Shown here in pieces: positions 54,791 through 63,280 of a DNA stretch of 64,000 nucleotides. Numbering within the stretch: the first letter of the stretch is position 1; each line of letters starts with the position of its first letter. Made by a program: the position numbers and the translations under genes. The stretch lies in the IMG/VR virus record IMGVR_UViG_3300032677_000006. One strand, given 5' to 3'. The DNA is from a virus. Under the pieces are notes generated by a model, which was not told where the DNA came from, ran no database searches, and was given only the letters and a program-made list of their open reading frames with translations.

Positions 54791-55294
54791 TCAGTACTGG
54801 TGCTTCGGCAGGATCATCTCCTTGAAGAAAACCTTACGCCCGTCCTTCAGCTCGACGCCAACAAGGTGGCGGGCGTATGTCTTGCGCAAGTCGCTACCCA
54901 CCACCGGCACTTCGCCGTCGACGATTGGATTCTGACATTCAGGGCAGGTGTCGCCCCAGTCCGCTGGCACAATCCGCCGAGCGGATAACCGGCACCAGCC
55001 CTCGTGGTTGCAAATCCGCGCGGCAACTTTCATCCGGTAGTTGTCCGTCGATCCGACCGCCTCACCCGGGATATACCGGGCCACGTCCGACCGTTCCAGT
55101 CCGTGGTAGGCCAGCATGCGCTCCAGGTCGATGCACTGGCCCAGCTGCTGGTCGATCTCCAGGGCCTTGCGGCGCAGGTTCCGCAGATCGGTAAACGACT
55201 TGCGCGCCCGGTCTAACTTGTGGTAGCGATCCGGGTTTAGCGGCTCGTTCTCCAGCATCTTCGTGACGACCTGCTCGGCCTTTGAATTGTCCAT
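54791..55294 (-). CDS. Hypothetical protein (start ATG 55294)
   Basis: GTAATTA 5 nt upstream; 'AEQVVTKMLENE'; CPEC. Confidence 0.6.
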   Translation of the reverse strand: MDNSKAEQVVTKMLENEPLNPDRYHKLDRARKSFTDLRNLRRKALEIDQQLGQCIDLERMLAYHGLERSDVARYIPGEAVGSTDNYRMKVAARICNHEGWCRLSARRIVPADWGDTCPECQNPIVDGEVPVVGSDLRKTYARHLVGVELKDGRKVFFKEMILPKHQY

Positions 55295-55302
55295 GCTCAT
55301 AA

Positions 55303-55497
55303 TTACGCCTTCAGCTCCAGGCAAAAATGGTAGTCGACCACCTCGCCCAGGCGCACGGTGGCCTCCACCTCGCCCTCCGTCTCCGGTTTGTTCTGCAACC
55401 CCGGCACCAGTGGAAAGGTACCGTAGCCGCTGCGCACCACCCAGCGCCCCGCTTGGCGCTCCAGGTTGCCGTTGATCCGCTCGTTCTTGTTTTTCAT
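55303..55497 (-). CDS. Small hypothetical protein (start ATG 55497)
   Basis: TTGACG-N18-TACATT 6 nt upstream. Confidence 0.55.
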   Translation of the reverse strand: MKNKNERINGNLERQAGRWVVRSGYGTFPLVPGLQNKPETEGEVEATVRLGEVVDYHFCLELKA

Positions 55498-55583
55498 GGC
55501 CCTAATGTATACAATGACCGGTACCGCCGTCAACATTAAAATACAAACAATGTTGCGTCCCTGATCCTGTTCTATCCATAAAT

Positions 55584-56678
55584 ATGTCATACGTCGACAC
55601 TACCAAGAAGTACGATAACCGGCTCGAAGCGGTCATTGTTTGCGCCAACTATGGCGATTTCCTCCAGGAAACGCTGCCCTACAACCTGGCCCACCTGGAC
55701 CGGGTGGTCGTGGTCACGCCCCACGCCGACGAGCACACACGAAGCGTCTGCGCCAAGTGGTCGGTCGAGTGCGTGGTCTCCGATGCTTTCACCGAAAAAG
55801 GCGACACCCTAAACAAGGGAGCCGCCATCAACGTCGGCATCGCCCGGCTGCGCCAGCGCGGCTGGATCATCCAGATGGACGCCGACATCGTGCTGCCGGT
55901 TACGTTCCGGAACATGATCGACAAATCGGGGTTGCAACCGGACTGCATCTACGGCTGCGAGCGCGCCAACGTGAGAGGCTGGGCCACCTGGCAGAGACTG
56001 CGCAAGGACCTGCATGAGACGCCCCAGTTCGGCTACAATTATCTGATCACCAGCCCGGACCACCTGCCCATCGGGGCCAACGTCGTCCACAAGCAGTTCG
56101 GGTATACGCCCATCGGCTTTTTCCAGCTGTGGAATTCCAGCTACATGCACCAGTACAACCTGCGGTATCCGGACACAGAGGGCAGCGCGGAGAACATGGA
56201 CGTGCAGTTCGCGCTCCACTGGCCGCGCCACAAGCGCATCCTGCTGCCGACGGTTCGCGCCTTCCACCTGGAGAGCGCGGACGCCAGCATGGGCATCAAC
56301 TGGAACGGTCGGAAGAGCGCCCCGTTCCAGCCTGGCACCGTCGCTGAAAGCGCGGCCCTCCCGCCTGGCGTCGAGCCGGAAAGCACGCCGCTGCCGATGG
56401 GCTACGGCTACTGCGGCAAAACCTATGCCGCCTACAGCGATACCGGAATGAGCATCCAGTACGCCATGGGAATCATTGGTTTTGCGATGACACCGCCGGT
56501 GGGATCAAAGCTGTCCGCCTACGTGGTTGGCGACAAGCTTAAGATCACTTCGCTGGACAACCAGCATGCCTGGATGGAGGGAATCATCATTTCTTACGCC
56601 TGCGGCAACACCTACATTAACCTTACGCGCCTAAGCGGCCACGGCTGGTACAGCAGCTGGGTTATCAACCGCGTCTAG
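55584..56678 (+). CDS. GT-A (family 2-like) glycosyltransferase with C-terminal beta domain
   Basis: C.NY.DFL..TLP.N, NKG.AIN.G, MDADIVLP, GFFQLW, D..F. Confidence 0.75.
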   Translation: MSYVDTTKKYDNRLEAVIVCANYGDFLQETLPYNLAHLDRVVVVTPHADEHTRSVCAKWSVECVVSDAFTEKGDTLNKGAAINVGIARLRQRGWIIQMDADIVLPVTFRNMIDKSGLQPDCIYGCERANVRGWATWQRLRKDLHETPQFGYNYLITSPDHLPIGANVVHKQFGYTPIGFFQLWNSSYMHQYNLRYPDTEGSAENMDVQFALHWPRHKRILLPTVRAFHLESADASMGINWNGRKSAPFQPGTVAESAALPPGVEPESTPLPMGYGYCGKTYAAYSDTGMSIQYAMGIIGFAMTPPVGSKLSAYVVGDKLKITSLDNQHAWMEGIIISYACGNTYINLTRLSGHGWYSSWVINRV

Positions 56679-57097
56679 CTCAACGGTTCCACGGTAAACT
56701 TTCCGGTCAGTGTAAATCTCGGCAGGCGCTTCAAGCCGCCCCGGGCCAGCAGCTCGTTGCTGTACACCGGCAGCACCCCGTCCGCCACGGAAATAGTGAT
56801 GTGCGGGTGCGGGTTCTCACTGTATGCGTCCACCGCCACCGCCTGCGCCTGGCTGTCCAGGGCATAGCCGGTGACCGTCAGCGCCACCGGCTGGCCGTGC
56901 CGGGGCAGGTATTCCCGCTCGAACACGTCCGCGTCCGGCTTGAACGCGACCGTCATGTGGTGGACGTATACATTTTCGTGGCGCGCCGGGACCCGGCGGA
57001 GCAGCTCGCGCTGGCTGCGGTCGTCCAGCACCACGCTGACCAGGGTGTTGGTCCGCTCCTCCAGCAGCCAGCTGACGATGTCGGCGCTCGTCTTCAC
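56675..57097 (-). CDS. 2H phosphoesterase (cyclic phosphodiesterase fold) (start GTG 57097)
   Basis: Two HxT motifs, HHMTV and PHITIS; N-terminal 'ADIVSWLLEE'. Confidence 0.75.
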   Translation of the reverse strand: MKTSADIVSWLLEERTNTLVSVVLDDRSQRELLRRVPARHENVYVHHMTVAFKPDADVFEREYLPRHGQPVALTVTGYALDSQAQAVAVDAYSENPHPHITISVADGVLPVYSNELLARGGLKRLPRFTLTGKFTVEPLS

Positions 57098-57119
57098 GGG
57101 CAGTGTTCCACGCGGAACA

Positions 57120-57527
57120 TCACGGCAGCATCGGTGGCTTCCAGCTGGCCACCTGGTTGAGCACCTTGTTGTATTCCTCGTGGGTGCCGATCCAGCACCA
57201 AATCCACATGGTGTCGGCATTATAGCAGATCGCGCGGTAGGCTCGCCCGATCCGAATGGACCAGAAGGCGTCGTTGCGCTGTAGCTTTTTGAACTCCAGC
57301 TCCGGGGCGAAAGGAGTCGTGCGCCACGCGTTGTAGACTTCTCGCGCCAGGTTCTGAATTTCACCCGGCAGCGCGCAGCACAGCTTGTCGAACTTGTGGT
57401 TGCGCTTGGCGTGCTTGTTGGCCACCACGCTGCTCCGGGGCGCAGGCTGGGGCGCAGGCTGGGGCGCAGATCGCTTGCCCTTCCAGTTGTCTTCCAGCAG
57501 GCAGGTGACGATTTTATCGGCAGTCAT
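57120..57527 (-). CDS. RelE/ParE-superfamily toxin-like protein (start ATG 57527)
   Basis: 'F......LP.EIQ..A...Y..W...P....L.FKKL....WSIRIG..YRAI......W.WIGTHEEYNK'; N-terminal 'ADKIVTCLLED'. Confidence 0.8.
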   Translation of the reverse strand: MTADKIVTCLLEDNWKGKRSAPQPAPQPAPRSSVVANKHAKRNHKFDKLCCALPGEIQNLAREVYNAWRTTPFAPELEFKKLQRNDAFWSIRIGRAYRAICYNADTMWIWCWIGTHEEYNKVLNQVASWKPPMLP

Positions 57528-57531
57528 TGAC

Positions 57532-57720
57532 TTAATTACCGGCAAACAGCGGCGAGTCAAACAGGTCGCCCGCCACGCCCTCTTCCGGGTGCGCCGGGTC
57601 AATTTCAGTGAGCTGTTCCAAGGCGGATTTGGGCGTCGCCTCGATGGCCTCGTCCAGGGTGCGCGCCTGCTTGGCCTGGGCGAGCTGGCGCTGCTCGGCG
57701 AGTGTAAGCTGCTTTTTCAT
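57532..57720 (-). CDS. Small hypothetical protein
   Basis: TTGACG-N17-TACGGT 6 nt upstream. Confidence 0.6.
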   Translation of the reverse strand: MKKQLTLAEQRQLAQAKQARTLDEAIEATPKSALEQLTEIDPAHPEEGVAGDLFDSPLFAGN

Positions 57721-57793
57721 ATAGTTAAACCGTAAACCGACTTAAAACGTCCGTCAACCTTAAAATTTACTCTGAAATTGAGTTCTAGCCCGC

Positions 57794-58435
57794 ATGAGCG
57801 TAGACAACCTCAGAAAAATAGCCGCCCTCGCCCCGGAGCCTTTGATCCAGGAGGCGGCGGGTGCCTACCCTAAATACCAGCGGCTGACGGCGCAGATTGC
57901 CCGCAAGCACGGCTTCAGCCCCCGCACCGGCGCGGCGGTTTTCGCCGCGCTTTCGCCCAACAACAACTACCACGGCAACCTGCGGGACACGGACACCCTG
58001 CTGCGAAGCGTGGCCGCCGGGCTGACGGCGGAACAGTTTACCGTGCATACGTATGGCAACAACAACAAGCGCAAAGCCTGGACCATCGCCCAGGGAGCCG
58101 AGCCGCTCGACCTGATCGTCGCCAAAAAGACCCGTAATTTCTTTCTGAATGTCAACGACCCGACCGATCCGTTGCCCGTCACCATCGACGGCCACATGGT
58201 CAACTGCTGGCGCGGCACGCGGGCCAACCTGGTGGGCCTGCGCGGCGTGACCCGGGACTACGACCGGGTGGCCGAAGGGGTGCGCCAGGTGGCCGCCGAG
58301 CGAAAGTTGCTGCCCTGCCAGATGCAGGCGGTCTTGTGGATAACCTGGAAAAAACTGCACTGGATCAGGTCCAGCCCGCAGCAGGAATTCTGGGACCCGG
58401 ACTACCTGGCGGCCCAGCTGGGTTTTCAGTTCTAA
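57794..58435 (+). CDS. Phage protein with DNA-glycosylase-like (HhH-related) motifs
   Basis: AALSP...N, KT.NF..N..DP, VTIDGH, Y, Q.QA..W. Confidence 0.5.
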   Translation: MSVDNLRKIAALAPEPLIQEAAGAYPKYQRLTAQIARKHGFSPRTGAAVFAALSPNNNYHGNLRDTDTLLRSVAAGLTAEQFTVHTYGNNNKRKAWTIAQGAEPLDLIVAKKTRNFFLNVNDPTDPLPVTIDGHMVNCWRGTRANLVGLRGVTRDYDRVAEGVRQVAAERKLLPCQMQAVLWITWKKLHWIRSSPQQEFWDPDYLAAQLGFQF

Positions 58436-58440
58436 CGGGC

Positions 58441-59031
58441 ATGTTAAACGCCGCCGAAGTCTACACCGAGTTTTTCAAGACCTTTCGCGAGGTCTCCGGA
58501 CCCAACGAGCAGTTTGAGGTCACAGGCAGGCCCAACGGATTTGCCGCCAGCCTGGAGGCGCTCCTGGGCTTCAAAGCCGCCGTCCTGGCCCGGCCAAGCG
58601 GACGCATCCTGGACGCTGGCTCGGGCGTTTCCTCGGCCCTGCTGCGCCTGTGGTTTCCGCCCCACGTCACCACCTGCGACTCCGATCCAGCCTACATGGC
58701 GCTGGTCAAGGAGACTTGCGCCCGGCTGGCCGACAAGTTCCAGGCTCCCGAGCTGGCCCTGGATTCCTACGTTACGGGCTATTTTGACCAGCCGGTGGAC
58801 GCCACCTTTTACGATTACGGCAACTTTGACCAGCGCATCGAGTTCCTGCCCCAGGTGCTGGAGCACACCCGCCACCTGATCTACCTGGACGACGTGGACC
58901 ACCGAGAGCGCGGCGCACAGGTGCGCGGAGCCGTTTACTGGCACGCGCGGACGAAAGGCTGGAGTTTGACCGACCGCCCTGACCTGGTCGACGAATACGG
59001 GCGCTGGGGGGTCATGGCTACGCGTATTTAG
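58441..59031 (+). CDS. SAM-dependent methyltransferase-like protein (start ATG 58441)
   Basis: ILDAGSGVSS, CDSD, YLDD; GTTCTA 6 nt upstream. Confidence 0.6.
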   Translation: MLNAAEVYTEFFKTFREVSGPNEQFEVTGRPNGFAASLEALLGFKAAVLARPSGRILDAGSGVSSALLRLWFPPHVTTCDSDPAYMALVKETCARLADKFQAPELALDSYVTGYFDQPVDATFYDYGNFDQRIEFLPQVLEHTRHLIYLDDVDHRERGAQVRGAVYWHARTKGWSLTDRPDLVDEYGRWGVMATRI

Positions 59032-59034
59032 GGC

Positions 59035-59511
59035 ATGGCAGCACCCGCATCGAGCCAGGTAGGAATGAACGTCACCGCGATCACAGACCTTTGTCTGACC
59101 GTGGAGGCGACTGACATCACCAGCTCCAGGGCGGACCAGCCTGTAACGTACATTCCGGACAAGACCAAAGCCGACTACAGCAACACCCCGACGTTTGTAG
59201 ACACTCCGCCCACCTCGACCCAGGTGCGCATGCCGGTGTTTATCATCCCGGCCAGCTCCGGCAGCCCGGTGCCCGTCACCACCTCCGCCAAGGCGGACCA
59301 GCCGGTCACTGTGATTCCCGTCGAAACCGTCACCACCGGCAGCGCCGTGACCAGCGATAAAATCGGGCAGCCGGTGCATTACGTGGTAAAGGCAACCGAC
59401 GGCAGCAGTGGCGGCGGCGGTGGCAGTGGCGGCAGCGGCACGCTCATGGGCGTGGGCGGCGACGCCATCTCCGGCGTTGGGGGTGACCCTGTCTCCGGCG
59501 TGGGCGGCTAA
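59035..59511 (+). CDS. Thr/Pro/Val-rich protein, probably structural
   Basis: GTATTTA 4 nt upstream; internal 'DQPV' repeats; Gly-rich tail. Confidence 0.6.
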   Translation: MAAPASSQVGMNVTAITDLCLTVEATDITSSRADQPVTYIPDKTKADYSNTPTFVDTPPTSTQVRMPVFIIPASSGSPVPVTTSAKADQPVTVIPVETVTTGSAVTSDKIGQPVHYVVKATDGSSGGGGGSGGSGTLMGVGGDAISGVGGDPVSGVGG

Positions 59512-59521
59512 ACAATTTACC

Positions 59522-60322
59522 ATGAAAATGAAAATGAAAAATACGGCATATCTTGTAGGCACCGGTCGGCTGTTGGCGCTGTTGGCGCTGCTCCCCGCCG
59601 CGCCCGTCTCCGCGATCAACTGGACGAACTATCCGGTGGGCGTCCCGGCCAACTCGGACACGTTTTTGTTCGGCACCAGCACCACGAACAAGCAAATTTC
59701 GGCAGCCAGTCTGGCGGCGTGGACCTGGACCTACAACCTGCCGAGCCTGGTGGGCATGTCCGGGCTTAACAACACCACCCAGACCAACGGCACGTACGTC
59801 AACGGCTACTTCCAGGGCAACGGTGCGGGTCTGACAAACGTACCGGCGTCCTCGCTGACGGGAACCTCGAACAACATGGCGCTGGCGACCAACACCCCTG
59901 CCGCCGGTTACGTCCTGTCGGCGACCGACACCACCGGCCTCGACCGCGCATGGGTACCGCAGACAAGCGGCGGGACAGTCACCAACACAACCCAGAGCGC
60001 ATTTTATAGCCCATACCAAGTCAGCCCAAACACCAATATGATAATTGATCCGGCGAATGGAAATTATCAGGCAGTCATTTTGACCAACAACACCACGCTC
60101 ACCTGGACTAACGTCGGTGGGGCGGGGTGGAACGGCAATGGCGCTTTTGTGCGGCTTGAAATTTGGCCCGGCAGCTATACGTTGACGTGGAACACGGCGA
60201 ACCTCAACACCAATCTTTTTTCCGTAGCTGCCTTCTCGTATACCAGCACGAACTGGAGTGTGTTCGTGTTTGACAAGGTTGCCTACCTGACAACCGCCGC
60301 CAAGGTTTACCAACTGCAATGA
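59522..60322 (+). CDS. Thr/Asn-rich fibre-like protein with signal-peptide-like N-terminus (start ~59522)
   Basis: LLALLALLPAAPVSA; GNGAGLTNVPA; GYVLSA..G...W. Confidence 0.6.
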   Translation: MKMKMKNTAYLVGTGRLLALLALLPAAPVSAINWTNYPVGVPANSDTFLFGTSTTNKQISAASLAAWTWTYNLPSLVGMSGLNNTTQTNGTYVNGYFQGNGAGLTNVPASSLTGTSNNMALATNTPAAGYVLSATDTTGLDRAWVPQTSGGTVTNTTQSAFYSPYQVSPNTNMIIDPANGNYQAVILTNNTTLTWTNVGGAGWNGNGAFVRLEIWPGSYTLTWNTANLNTNLFSVAAFSYTSTNWSVFVFDKVAYLTTAAKVYQLQ

Positions 60323-61533
60323 GAAAGCTATCCCTACTTCTAAGTCTGATTTGCGTGTGGGCTGGCATAGCTTACGGGCAGTACGCGAGTTGGTACTACA
60401 CCATAACCAATCCGTACCCTTTCGGCATCGAGATAACTTATCGCTATACGTTTAATTCAGATAACATTGGTTATACTTGGTACGAGCTTGAAATTCCTCA
60501 ATCCAGTTCCACCTACTACGATTCAGGGTGGACCGCAATGGATATGTACGGACATGCCAGCACGCAGTTGTGGACCGGATTTGCGCAGCAGTACATGTGG
60601 TTCAACTACAACTATAGCTACTACATTTCAAAGACCAACTGGGGCACTCTCAGCGTCTCAAACGTCCCACCTCCGTACGTTACCAACGCTATTTATGGCA
60701 GCATGATAGTGCAACAGCCGCAGTGGTCAAATGCCGTTCCCACGCCGGTTCTCCTTATTCGGGACTATCCGACAAATGTAGCGTCCAGCGCCACCCAGCT
60801 GCCTTCAATGATTGAACGAGACCTGCTAGCGACACAAAAAAGAGTTCGCTACTACTCTCCCAACGATGGAATTTATCCGACTAACGGATTGGTAAGCTAC
60901 TATCAGTTGAACACCAACGTATACGACCTGGTGGGCACCAACCAGACAACGGCTACGAACGCTATCACCTTCACCAACGGCCTGTTCAACGGCGCAGTTA
61001 CGTACAGCGTGGCCTCTACCGGATTTATTTTCCTCACCAACTCTGCAAGCCTGGACACCACAAACTTCACTTGGATGGCGTGGTGCTATCCCGTGGGACC
61101 TCCCCCGCAAAATGACGGTGGCGGCATGGTTCTTTTTGGCCATCTTTACGACGAGGGCGGCAGCCATAGCTACGGCGTGAGCTGGAAACAAAGCCCGGAC
61201 AACCGGTTTATCGCCAACACCGGGACCGGGGCGGGCATTACCTCTTCTAACTTGTTTCCACCTGGAGCTGCCTACAACGTGGCGTACACCTACGACGGAA
61301 CTGCGTTCAGGCTATACGTTAACGGGTCACTTCAGGGGATTGTGACCAACGCGGCTTCAATGGTTTATGACGCAGGCACTCCTTGGTACGTGGGGTCTGA
61401 CCCGCAAATCTTTATCAATGTCAGCTACCCTCGGACCTGGGTCGGCACAATGGAGGAGTTGCGGTTCTACAACCGGGCGTTGGCGGCCAGTGAGATTACG
61501 AATTGTGCGGGATACGGCGGAGGGTTCAAGTGA
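60319..61533 (+). CDS. LamG/concanavalin-A-like domain protein with signal peptide
   Basis: NGLVSYY.L, FTWMAW..P, VAYTYDG...RLYVNG, G.MEELRFYNRAL..SEI. Confidence 0.8.
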   Translation: MRKLSLLLSLICVWAGIAYGQYASWYYTITNPYPFGIEITYRYTFNSDNIGYTWYELEIPQSSSTYYDSGWTAMDMYGHASTQLWTGFAQQYMWFNYNYSYYISKTNWGTLSVSNVPPPYVTNAIYGSMIVQQPQWSNAVPTPVLLIRDYPTNVASSATQLPSMIERDLLATQKRVRYYSPNDGIYPTNGLVSYYQLNTNVYDLVGTNQTTATNAITFTNGLFNGAVTYSVASTGFIFLTNSASLDTTNFTWMAWCYPVGPPPQNDGGGMVLFGHLYDEGGSHSYGVSWKQSPDNRFIANTGTGAGITSSNLFPPGAAYNVAYTYDGTAFRLYVNGSLQGIVTNAASMVYDAGTPWYVGSDPQIFINVSYPRTWVGTMEELRFYNRALAASEITNCAGYGGGFK

Positions 61534-61642
61534 TTTTACGGCTATGCGCTTAAGAACCTCAACCTTGACCGTCCCTGGCCCCGCTCACCCGGCTGACCGG
61601 CACGGTCCACGCCGCGTTGGCGCTATCCCTTAGCCAAAACCA

Positions 61643-62104
61643 ATGCCTGTGCTGCGTGATCCCACAACCCTGGCCGAGCGTATCGCTACGAAGCTGGAGA
61701 CGTATCGGCAGCGGCTCAACGACATGGAGGACGCCCTGCAAGCCTGCCCGGTCCCGGTAGTCATCCGGGACGCCGACGCCGAAGTCATCATTTTCGTCAA
61801 CCGGGCGTATACGCACTGGCACGGCTTGACTATGGAGCAGATCAAAGCGGGCAAGTGGTCCGACATCTGGCTGCCGGAAGACCTCGCGCATGTCACCGCC
61901 TTTTGGAACAAAATCAAGGAAACGAAGGACAGCGGCTTAAACGTGCGCAGCCGCCAGGTGCGCTGGATGTGCCAGCCTTCCGGCGAGGTCAAGACCAGCC
62001 GGGCGCTGGGCCGGGCGCTGAGCAGCGGGGCGCTGGTGGCGTTCATTTACCCGGAAGGTTGCCTGGACACGGTGGTTACCGGCGAGGTCGTCATGGACGC
62101 GTAA
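61643..62104 (+). CDS. Stand-alone PAS-domain protein
   Basis: 'CPVPVVIRD....IIFVNRAY....G.......WSDIWLPED'. Confidence 0.7.
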   Translation: MPVLRDPTTLAERIATKLETYRQRLNDMEDALQACPVPVVIRDADAEVIIFVNRAYTHWHGLTMEQIKAGKWSDIWLPEDLAHVTAFWNKIKETKDSGLNVRSRQVRWMCQPSGEVKTSRALGRALSSGALVAFIYPEGCLDTVVTGEVVMDA

Positions 62105-62119
62105 GCAGTTCTATACCGC

Positions 62120-62356
62120 ATGGACATCCTTAAACTGCCAAAAGAGCAACAAGCCAAGTGGCTGCAACAGCGCGGCTGGGAACCCCACCCTGACCGGCCC
62201 AATGTTTTCTTTGAGCCGAGCACGCGCGCCACGTACTACCTGACGGTCGCGCTGACCCGGGCTTTGGACGAGTGCCACATGGACTCCGACCGTGAACTCA
62301 AACCCGAAGCCCCGACGCGCAAGGACGACGCGCCCTTCCCCAAACCACGTCAGTGA
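62120..62356 (+). CDS. Small hypothetical protein
   Basis: GTTCTA 6 nt upstream. Confidence 0.6.
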   Translation: MDILKLPKEQQAKWLQQRGWEPHPDRPNVFFEPSTRATYYLTVALTRALDECHMDSDRELKPEAPTRKDDAPFPKPRQ

Positions 62357-62395
62357 TAGAAGCCTTCGTTGTAGAAGACGTCCTGGTTGTCGTCG

Positions 62396-63280
62396 TCAAT
62401 CACGGTAGTTGATGAACGCCTTCAGGGTTTCCTGAGAATCCAGCTGACACCGGGTGGCCGCCGTGTACAGTCGCCGCAGGTCCTCAGCGGCCACGCCATC
62501 CAGCGCAATGTCCGTCGTGTCCGTCGGCGCTACCCGAAAGTAGCCTCCCGGCAGCACCTGGCGCAGAATGTAGTCCGGCAGCTCGTCATTGGCGGCGAAC
62601 GTGAGGTTGAAGGTCTCCACGGCCACCTTGAAAATGTTGGCGCTCACCAGGCGCTTGGCCGCGTAGCAACTGCTGCTCTCGCCGCAGGACAGGGATAAAA
62701 TGCGCAGCGGCTCGCCAGGCCACAGCCTGACCGCTTCCGCCACGGCGCACAGCGTCGGATTATTGGCGACATTGCCGCCGTCCCAGAACACCCGGTTGCC
62801 GATTTCGTAGGCCGGGAAGTACGACTGGGCGGCGCTACTGGCCCGGCTCACCTGCCAGAGCTTGTAGTCTTCGTGCTGATTGGCGGGCGACTTAAAAAAA
62901 TACGGCGCATACGCGTTCATGTCGAAGGCAGGCACCAGCAGGCTTTTCTTACACTGGGACAGGGTTACCTCGCCCAGACGGGCGCGCAGCTGCCGTTCAA
63001 TGACGGCTCCGGAATAGCGCGGGCGCAAGATTCCCCTCCAGCCCAAAAACTGCCGACGCCCAAAAATGATCGGGCCGTCGTACGTGAAAAATCCCATCGC
63101 GGTGTGCGCCGTTTTACCGCTGGCCAGCAGGCAGGCCAGGATGCCGCCGATGGACGTGCCTGCGAACATGTCGAAGATTTCGGTGCAGGCTTTGCCGGTT
63201 TGCAATTCCAGGTCGGCCAGTACCGAGCACGGCACGTAGCCCCGCATGCCGCCGCCGTCGATGGAACAGATGGTTTTCAT
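62396..63280 (-). CDS. Patatin-like phospholipase
   Basis: SIDGGGMRG, GTSIG nucleophile elbow, ASSAAQSYFP, DGG..ANNP. Confidence 0.92.
   Translation of the reverse strand: MKTICSIDGGGMRGYVPCSVLADLELQTGKACTEIFDMFAGTSIGGILACLLASGKTAHTAMGFFTYDGPIIFGRRQFLGWRGILRPRYSGAVIERQLRARLGEVTLSQCKKSLLVPAFDMNAYAPYFFKSPANQHEDYKLWQVSRASSAAQSYFPAYEIGNRVFWDGGNVANNPTLCAVAEAVRLWPGEPLRILSLSCGESSSCYAAKRLVSANIFKVAVETFNLTFAANDELPDYILRQVLPGGYFRVAPTDTTDIALDGVAAEDLRRLYTAATRCQLDSQETLKAFINYRD

Noticed and set aside
62396-63280. Complete CBASS defence system
   Set aside because: A patatin is present but no CD-NTase or Cap2/Cap3 genes are adjacent within the window
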